Shown here: piece by piece, positions 27,301 through 32,000 of the stretch
Layout: the number at the start of each line of letters is the position of its first letter
How positions within the stretch are numbered: the stretch's first letter is position 1
Origin: an uncultured bacterium
GTDB taxonomy: Bacteria > Oederibacteriota > Oederibacteriia > Oederibacteriales > Oederibacteriaceae
Assembly (NCBI GenBank): GCA_965112635.1
Contig: OZ218778.1
Location: forward strand, 1,796,404-1,828,403
DNA length: 32,000 bases
Reading direction: 5' to 3'
Notes under the pieces: model-generated
What the model saw: only the letters and a program-made list of their open reading frames with translations
Databases searched by the model: none
Told to the model about the DNA's origin: nothing
Position numbers and translations under genes: made by a program

Positions 27301-30300
27301 GGCCTGAACGGCAATAGCACCATTTCCGGCCAGGTCTTTGACACCGCAGGTTATGGAGCCGGGAACCTTACCCTCATAGGATACAGGGTCGGAGATAACG
27401 TCATGCAGTTGGCTATCCCTATGATGATGGTAACTCCGGTAGGGTCGGCTTCACCTTATACCTATACTTTGCCAGTGGATACCACTTATGGGGGCTCGTG
27501 GAACATTGCGTTGATTGCCAATTTGCAATCCAATAGCTGGCCGACCTTCCTGGACGCCCTTGCTAATGTTCCAGCAGGATCCACAGGCCAGAATCTTACC
27601 ACTAACGGGGGACACAAAATTTCCGGAATGGTATTAGTAGGGGGGCAGACTTTTAGCCAGCTCGGTTATTTAAATAACAGCAGTAATTTACCTGTTTTTA
27701 TTTTTAATTCCAGCAATGTTTGGCGTGACGGAAACAGCCTGGACTCGTTGGGTAACTATATTTCACACCAGCTTCCTGACGGAACTTATACCCTGAAGCT
27801 TAACCAGAGATTTTTGAGTACTGCCCAGATCAGTCCGACCCTTGCGGGCGTTGACCTCTACAATCAGAACTTTAACCTTACCGTGGATCCCACACAGGAT
27901 ATCTTTTATCCCTATGCCAGCCAGCTCTATCCGGCCAACAATATGACCATTCTCAACAGCCAGCCGACCATCAGCGCGTCTCTGTCCGATGGGACGCTGG
28001 GCACTGCTATCCAGAACATCTCGACCAAAATAGACGGCGGCACGGTGGGGAATACTTTCAATTCCGGCGTGGTGAGCTTTAGCCCGGCTGCGGCTCTTTC
28101 CGGCGGGTCTCACAGTGCTGAGGTCAAGTTCAGTGATTCCGCCAGCCCTTCAGCCCACAGCCAGGATGAGGTCTGGACCTTCAGTATTGCCACCTCCACC
28201 AACACCCCTTCTTCCACGCTGACCTCTACGATGACACAAACGCCGACACCCTTGCCTACACCCGTTTTCACCAGTATCAACGGCGGGCCCAGCGCGTTCC
28301 TGGGCGAGGGTGCCACTGCCCAGACCATAACTATTGTCGGAAACAATTTTGGAGGAACCATCGGGTCAGTAAGTTTCAGCGGGGCTGGTGTCACAGTGAC
28401 CAGCTATCCAGCCTGGAACAACACTACTATCACTTTATCCGTCAATGTGGATACCTATGCTCCCACCAACACCATTCCCGACCGATTTCTCACTATTGTC
28501 AACGGGTCCAACGGCGGCTCCGCGATGACGGGAAATGTGTTTTATGTGGTGCCCCGGCCCAATGCCAGCATTACCACATTCATGTATCCTTCCAACCTGG
28601 GTCAGGGAGCTGTAAACGCTACCATCGATATCTTTGACCCCTCAGGATATTTCGGGTCAACTCCGGGCTCGCTCCTGCTGGATGCTCCCGGCCATACCAA
28701 TATCACCTCGTACAGCATTCAGGCGTGGGACAGTCATTCCATCACCATGACCGCCAGCGCTAGCAGCAGCGCTATTCCAGGCGACTATGGACTGACCATC
28801 ACCGCCTCTTCGGCCAGCGGATCCGGTATTGGTGTGTTTAATTGGTTCTCAGTTGTGCCCGGCCCCGTGGTCAACAGTGTTTCCACCACATCCAACCTCA
28901 ACTATCTGGGCCAGGGCGCAGTCAATCAGATTGTGAATGTCTATGGCGCTGGGTTTGGGGCTAGCCGTGGGACAAGCGGGTCAGTCAGTTTCAGTGGGCC
29001 CGGTATTACAGTAAACGGATATCCAAGCTGGAGCGATAGTCAGATACAGGTCAATGTATCTGTTGCGCTAAATGCTTGGACCACATCCCGGACGGTCACC
29101 GTGGTGAACGGCCTGAACTACGGCCAGGTAACCACGGGCAATATATTCAGCGTATCTCCTTCCCCCAATTCGTTCGGTTTCACGGTGATGACCCCTCCCG
29201 GCTTGTTCCAAGGGGCTAGCAACGTGACCATCAATCTCTATGACCCCAATGCGACTTTTGGGACCGCTCCTGGTTTGCTGCTGCTGGATAGCGCCAGCGG
29301 TAATGCCAACATTACCTCTTATAGCCCCAATATGTGGAGCGCTAATTCCATTACCCTGACCGCCAGCGTGAGCAGTACTGCCGCCTTTGGGTACTATGCC
29401 CTGACCATCACGGCGAATGTCGGTAACGGGTCCGGTGTCGGGGCTTTCAACGGGTTCCGCATCATCCCGTCGTCCACGGCTACAGCCACGGCAACGGCGA
29501 CGGCAACCAGCACCGCCACCGTGACGACCACGGCCACGCAGACAGCCACCCAGACGGCGACCCAGACGGCCACCAATACCGCCACAACCACAGCAACTAG
29601 CACGGCTTCTAGTACGGCTACCAATACGGCGACCCAGTCTGCCACAGCTACGAGCACGGCAGCATTCACAGGGACCTATACAGCTACGGGCACGGCTACC
29701 CAGACTGCCACGAATACAAACACCGAGACCGCGACCAGCACAGCAACAAATACGGAGACCCAGAGTGCCACTAATACGGCTTCCCAAACAGCATCCCAGA
29801 CCGTGACCCTGACGGCTACAAATACAGCTACGAATTCAGCGACGGCCACGGCCACCAATACGGTGACGCAGACCGCCACAGCCACTGGCACGGCAGCATT
29901 CACAGGGACCTATACAGCTACGGGCACGGCTACTCAGACTGCCACGAATACAAACACCGAGACCGCGACCAGCACAGCAACAAATACGGCTACCCAGACG
30001 GCCTCCCAGACGACCACTCAGACCACCACGGCAACGGGCACGGCAGCATTCACAGGGACCTATACGGCCACAGGAACGGCTACCCAGACGGTTACGAATA
30101 CGGACACCCAGACTGGGACCAGCACAGCTACAAATACGGCTACCCAAACCTCCAGCCAGACGGCTTCCCAAACAGCATCCCAGACCACAACCCAGACGGC
30201 CACCAATACCATAACGAATACAGCTACGGCCACAGTCACCAGCACGATCACACAGACCGCCACAGCCACGGACACGGCAGCATTTACAGGGACCTATTCA

Positions 30301-32000
30301 GCTACGAGCACGGCTACCCAGACGGTTACAAATACAGCCACCCAGACAGCGACCAGTACGGCGACGAATTCAGCGACTGAAACGGTTACCGGCACGATCA
30401 CCCAAACCGCCACAGCCACCAATACCATAACGAATACTGCGACGGCCACGGCGACCAGCACGATTACCCAGACCACCACAGCCACGAATACGGCTGTATT
30501 CACAGGGACCAATACGGATACGAGTACGGCTACCCTGACGGTCACCAATACGGATAGCCAGACGGCTACGGCTACAGCCACCCAGTCGGCTACCGCCACG
30601 ACCACGGCAACGGCGACCTATACCGGGACCATTACCAACACGGCTACGGAAACCGCGACCGCGACCCTGACGCTCTCCACCACCGAGACTGCCACCTCGT
30701 CCTTGACCCAGACGATTACGCTGACTGCTACCGCCACCAACACGGCCACCGAGACTATGACCACCACGGCAACCCTGACCTCCACGGTAACAGGGTCCCA
30801 GACCGTGACCGCTACGGAAACCCTGACCGCTACGATCACTTTGACCTTTACGGACACGCCAGTCAATACCGGCACAGCCACCGTGACCGCGACCTATACG
30901 GCGACCAATACGGTCAGCCCGTCTGCGACATACACCGCGACTGTGACGGCATCGGGCAGCCCTACAGTCACGGCGACCATAACCCAGACCATGACCCAGA
31001 CCATGACGATGACCGTTTCGCCGACAGCGACTGATTCAGGCACTCCGACCATAACCAATACCCAGAGCCAGACCGCCACCATCACTCTGACCTCTACCGT
31101 GACTTTGACGGGCACCCAGACACAAACACCCTCCCAGACCTTTACCCCGGGCGGGTCCACAGCGCCGGGAGGATTGACCATCACCGCCCAGCTCAATCAG
31201 GAAATTGACCTCAAATGGAATGCCGCGATACAGGGTTATTACCGCATCACCAACTATAAGATTTATAGGAACGTTGGAGTGCCGGGTCCGCCTTGGCTGA
31301 ACTCTTTCCAGGTCAACTCAACACAATTGTCCTATCAGGACCACAACGTGACGAACGGGACCCTTTATTACTACACCGTGGCTGCGGTAGACAGTCAACT
31401 TAACGAAGTGGCAGCATTCCCCGTCTATGGGACGCCGCAAAATATCGTTGATCCCGCTCAAAATCTTGCGGCTTCCTGCGGGAGCGGCGGCATTACCCTT
31501 ACCTGGAACGAGCCCTATGGGGGCAGCAGAACATTGAACTATTTCAATGTATTCCGTTCAACCACTCCGGGGGGGCCATATCCCATTACCGTAACAGCGG
31601 TTACTTATACTTCAGCAGGCTATGCCGATTCTTGCCTGGATCCCTACGCTCCCAACGGGATGACCATTTATTACATTGTGATTACGTATGATAATGCCGG
31701 TAATCCCAGCACAGGGTCCAACGAAGCCAGCGTGGTCAACACCAAATCTTTGGATGGCTATGTTTACAAAACCGACGGGAGTACTCCGATTTCAGCAGTT
31801 TCTGTTTACGCCTATCTGAACGGCTTGCAGCAGAGTGTGGCCACGACGGATGTTACAGGTTATTACTCGTTCTTTAACCTGTCCGACGGGATCTATAGTG
31901 TCCAGGCTTCAGCCAGCACTTTGGAAGGGATATTGAGTTCGGCTTACCAGCCGGCTGCCACAGGCATGTCCGGGTTTAACTTTACCCTGGAGGTCAACTA
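21379..32000 (+). CDS. Giant secreted multidomain surface protein / adhesin candidate, 3' truncated by window end (at least 3,540 codons); missing from the ORF track
   Basis: Manual frame-1 reading shows no in-frame stop from ATG 21379 to 32000. Signal peptide MKLEGMLKKIGKAVVLALVLGLGMMPLAYA; many beta-sandwich-like modules, PT-rich linkers, a T-rich stalk, FnIII-like and carboxypeptidase-regulatory-like domains. Confidence 0.93.
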   Translation, partial: MKLEGMLKKIGKAVVLALVLGLGMMPLAYAGTRIKTVEFFLGQYEMGQVNLIPALEFDTPSKTIALPESSIVVRSAWVDMHFVSQDQTNFEANFTAVTLTAGSAIGFASTSKFAAATDSHDNAYHVRYDFTSALQTLTTGQWNTGQSVQAKIKFFAATNFHAVKLYITYEYDDTSATQLKTVRFPLDSMVGDLTVADLPCTVMIPPAERSSPGYSLKDAWFEVHGQMDYISGAMTVTAQIYQSGTPQGSPSQGGCIPLITGNANFEWTYFYDNTANLALDGTTQSLRLTAKMGSFLHPGGELVVTYQATNDVMGALKTVEIPLAQGVLANQGPATFTILNYLQDSGANIQKMWARVRGVCNVNTYSAITITGVANGTPTGQFAYEMFSSGGGSDTMNEYELIYEMTQPYANPMTVTLTATGGSSPSAVLLITYGWNKNQNGHEFKTHRQLIGQETSPFLSGTVGNVTVYAPETNTKTKQAAYADWTYFADANSTNWWVSTTISAGSGMAPAYAALDNSYKQTEGINPDLSSAVSVLNASNGPYSFNRSGFVIGMMGGDMIVTYDVAFPTSTPTSTPPPSTSTPTTSPTRTATVTPTGTATTTPTSTSTRTATNTVTPTSTSTTTVTLSQTASVTPSLTITPTGTQTLTQTYTAGPSQTATMTPTSTTTMTVTATPSATLTMTTTVTQTATPNGGGTTMLDAMTGFSLGSDPCGYFPLPSGSITLSKNSSNYYDCCNSLQISNLTSTGTMVQIKVEDITGSPQDWSCYSSVSFWIMATTSGVQYRIGLRDNSSNWTWSSTSPLTCPTSWTQVTVQLQMLGNPTGYDGFKSGYLGPNDFSQLTCVEIECDTANATILMNDLALEGSPCTPSPTPSGSTYTYSYTYTYTTPPTNTNTNTPTPSSATLYLLNTTTGDSSLWYMDKTNPSPSTDTTTILSTGTTAAGNYFLVEPGVANSTSSGTVLPTTFSQMGWRSPNTSGGTISAGNWTVNVSLTNKAARSHKGYVWVRFWKSSNPDGSAATALSPWNESPNLLSFPASVTTLADTFNVSMPLVTLNNEYLFAEYLWLIQTAGLSNTGLKFVANEATGETLVLPGFITFTQTPTLTMTPTVTATPGGGSQVFYNGEPGGGFSDADCGGACDYIDTGGGHGGAVTEDGASAHSGSYGFDFTYNTSAADTDGYFSWTWTTNYPSRAININSYDTVSFWIKSNSTRNTDTLFFYLFDINNVATSSLDIEPYIAGGGPVNLSWKQVSIPLWAFTYGTFNKTQAAGFEIDLSDSALTGPVTLHMDDGYFMFSGVGTPTTTPTPTATPNGSCPNNPAMSNISIGVGSGYSNYNAGTYTVNGMGNGVTNSADSFDLDYLSVTGNSITMVARVTGATYNSGITIRNSTGNAAALVALSMNNSGMLYCLYRYNDGMVANSTYYGTYSFPYYLKIIRYGSSNFDLQISADGNTWNELTFLNGVSLGSTVAVGLETWDGTDTVTATGTFDNVCIQSSGGVSTPTYTQTLTPTPSGPTNTITNTFTITNTITPSFTPVGATYTNTPVSCGWSEALLSPAEQPWQSGYNDTQPGTNAPYPVAGVANLGQGIANFGCGQGYIATNSDQDVYQFRILSSDINNGTCTNMLKIVFTPPSTSDSYYCNLYHWSGSSWQSSNSHSGGSAMTFYCDLSAGGNQDFYMVIGSQSGSDQGHPYVVQMSMLQTGTISGVVTAVGVGASGSSGIGVSACDSQSNSFGGSSTNSSGAYTVRVPINTTVSKITATRGWYYGCASDWSYGTSVLNYGAGEVLASQCQSLTNQNFNVYPDAILKGNITGLTNGTSINMKISDPYGSNFSNYVQFNYNSSAPTYYEIHNAMPRTYDLSVYPSDATKAPLFFHNITVTDGLQTTQNWNFISGGSISGTISPTDPGVEVDFYEGGTNFSGDPIYTTRTASGASYFMTNMQPGSYDIKLSSGGGGPAPFYAYNSIPVTNGNNTNQPITGLNGNSTISGQVFDTAGYGAGNLTLIGYRVGDNVMQLAIPMMMVTPVGSASPYTYTLPVDTTYGGSWNIALIANLQSNSWPTFLDALANVPAGSTGQNLTTNGGHKISGMVLVGGQTFSQLGYLNNSSNLPVFIFNSSNVWRDGNSLDSLGNYISHQLPDGTYTLKLNQRFLSTAQISPTLAGVDLYNQNFNLTVDPTQDIFYPYASQLYPANNMTILNSQPTISASLSDGTLGTAIQNISTKIDGGTVGNTFNSGVVSFSPAAALSGGSHSAEVKFSDSASPSAHSQDEVWTFSIATSTNTPSSTLTSTMTQTPTPLPTPVFTSINGGPSAFLGEGATAQTITIVGNNFGGTIGSVSFSGAGVTVTSYPAWNNTTITLSVNVDTYAPTNTIPDRFLTIVNGSNGGSAMTGNVFYVVPRPNASITTFMYPSNLGQGAVNATIDIFDPSGYFGSTPGSLLLDAPGHTNITSYSIQAWDSHSITMTASASSSAIPGDYGLTITASSASGSGIGVFNWFSVVPGPVVNSVSTTSNLNYLGQGAVNQIVNVYGAGFGASRGTSGSVSFSGPGITVNGYPSWSDSQIQVNVSVALNAWTTSRTVTVVNGLNYGQVTTGNIFSVSPSPNSFGFTVMTPPGLFQGASNVTINLYDPNATFGTAPGLLLLDSASGNANITSYSPNMWSANSITLTASVSSTAAFGYYALTITANVGNGSGVGAFNGFRIIPSSTATATATATATSTATVTTTATQTATQTATQTATNTATTTATSTASSTATNTATQSATATSTAAFTGTYTATGTATQTATNTNTETATSTATNTETQSATNTASQTASQTVTLTATNTATNSATATATNTVTQTATATGTAAFTGTYTATGTATQTATNTNTETATSTATNTATQTASQTTTQTTTATGTAAFTGTYTATGTATQTVTNTDTQTGTSTATNTATQTSSQTASQTASQTTTQTATNTITNTATATVTSTITQTATATDTAAFTGTYSATSTATQTVTNTATQTATSTATNSATETVTGTITQTATATNTITNTATATATSTITQTTTATNTAVFTGTNTDTSTATLTVTNTDSQTATATATQSATATTTATATYTGTITNTATETATATLTLSTTETATSSLTQTITLTATATNTATETMTTTATLTSTVTGSQTVTATETLTATITLTFTDTPVNTGTATVTATYTATNTVSPSATYTATVTASGSPTVTATITQTMTQTMTMTVSPTATDSGTPTITNTQSQTATITLTSTVTLTGTQTQTPSQTFTPGGSTAPGGLTITAQLNQEIDLKWNAAIQGYYRITNYKIYRNVGVPGPPWLNSFQVNSTQLSYQDHNVTNGTLYYYTVAAVDSQLNEVAAFPVYGTPQNIVDPAQNLAASCGSGGITLTWNEPYGGSRTLNYFNVFRSTTPGGPYPITVTAVTYTSAGYADSCLDPYAPNGMTIYYIVITYDNAGNPSTGSNEASVVNTKSLDGYVYKTDGSTPISAVSVYAYLNGLQQSVATTDVTGYYSFFNLSDGIYSVQASASTLEGILSSAYQPAATGMSGFNFTLEVN
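23086..23457 (+). repeat. Pro/Thr/Ser-rich low-complexity linker in the giant protein
   Basis: TSTPTSTPPPSTSTPTTSPTRTATVTPTGTATTTPTSTSTRTATNTVTPTSTSTTTVTLSQTASVTPS... Confidence 0.9.
28264..29470 (+). repeat. TIG/IPT-like modules in an A-B-A'-B' tandem arrangement (about 300 bp per module, about 600 bp supermodule)
   Basis: A: FLGEGATAQTITIVGNNFGG..GSVSFSGAGVTVTSYPAWNN vs YLGQGAVNQIVNVYGAGFGA..GSVSFSGPGITVNGYPSWSD; B: NLGQGAVNATIDIFDPSGYFGSTPGSLLLD vs LFQGASNVTINLYDPNATFGTAPGLLLLD. Confidence 0.8.
29471..31158 (+). repeat. Thr-alternating (XTXT) mucin-like stalk with higher-order repeats containing an AAFTGTYTATGT motif
   Basis: SSTATATATATATSTATVTTTATQTATQTATQTATNTATTTATSTAS...; motif starts at 29659, 29893, 30043, 30277 and (degenerate) 30493. 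Confidence 0.92.
31170..31740 (+). other. Two fibronectin type III-like domains in the giant protein, followed by a carboxypeptidase-regulatory-like domain
   Basis: EIDLKWNAAIQGYYRITNYKIYRN...LYYYTVAAVDSQLNE; ITLTWNEPYGGSRTLNYFNVFRST...MTIYYIVITYDNAGNPS; then LDGYVYKTDGSTPISAVSVYAYLNGLQQSVATTDVTGYYSFFNLSDGIYSVQAS. Confidence 0.65.

Noticed and set aside
24207-28394. Minus- and plus-strand ORFs inside the giant gene (for example 24207-24629 -, 24646-25233 -, 25842-26042 +, 25906-26469 -, 26364-26564 +)
   Set aside because: Incidental open frames in high-GC coding DNA; the frame-1 reading is continuous with clear beta-domain repeats, and these have no recognisable products.
29471-31158. CRISPR array, satellite or non-coding tandem repeat
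   Set aside because: Repeats are in-frame multiples of 6 nt, have no constant repeat/unique spacer structure, and preserve an alternating Thr protein pattern.
29068-31196. Series of minus-strand ORFs (MNAAVLVAVADWVAVLVAVLEAVLV..., MVVAVADWVAVAVAVWLSVLV..., MAVPVLTGVSVKVKVIVAV... and others)
   Set aside because: They are antisense shadows of the Thr-rich repeat (ACN codons read as V/A/G/C/R in reverse frames), lack domain homology and RBSs, and lie inside the giant plus-strand ORF.
1-32000. Transposon, prophage, restriction-modification, toxin-antitoxin or CRISPR-Cas defence content
   Set aside because: No transposase, integrase, phage structural, nuclease, TA or Cas-like protein could be recognised among the plausible ORFs; the accessory content is the motor/adhesin locus.
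1-32000. tRNA or rRNA genes
   Set aside because: No cloverleaf with a GTTCRANNC T-arm or rRNA core sequence was recognised by eye; a tRNAscan-SE run would be definitive.

Overview
The window looks like a chromosomal segment of an uncultivated Gram-negative-type bacterium. The gene style (PorV/PorQ-family protein, giant PT/T-rich secreted protein) is compatible with Omnitrophota or relatives, but that assignment is inference only. Positions 1-13.4 kb are ordinary housekeeping genes: nusB (3' end), infC-rpmI-rplT, a SpoU/TrmH rRNA methyltransferase, a YqzL-like small protein, pheS-pheT, a coiled-coil protein, zapA, a probable 6S RNA, rarA, a 5-formyl-THF cyclo-ligase, an HU/IHF-like protein, proB-proA, nadD and rsfS. 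After an outer-membrane-like protein there is a separate locus with a strong promoter-like element at 14206-14234. It encodes a small membrane protein, a natural fusion of the FliF RBM3-type domain to FliG middle/C-terminal domains (no FliG_N and no FliF RBM1/RBM2), MotA, MotB, a secreted protein with three CARDB-like repeats, a TPR protein, a PorV/PorQ-family protein, and a giant secreted multidomain ORF. The giant ORF starts at 21379, is at least 3,540 codons, runs off the window end, and is absent from the supplied ORF track. It contains a mucin-like stalk of about 560 residues with Thr at nearly every second position, plus CBM-like, TIG/IPT-like, PPC-like, carboxypeptidase-regulatory-like and FnIII-like modules. 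The main hypothesis is a flagellum-independent rotor/stator machine whose gene neighbourhood is coupled to secretion or movement of a giant surface adhesin. No rod, hook, filament, export or chemotaxis gene is visible in the window.
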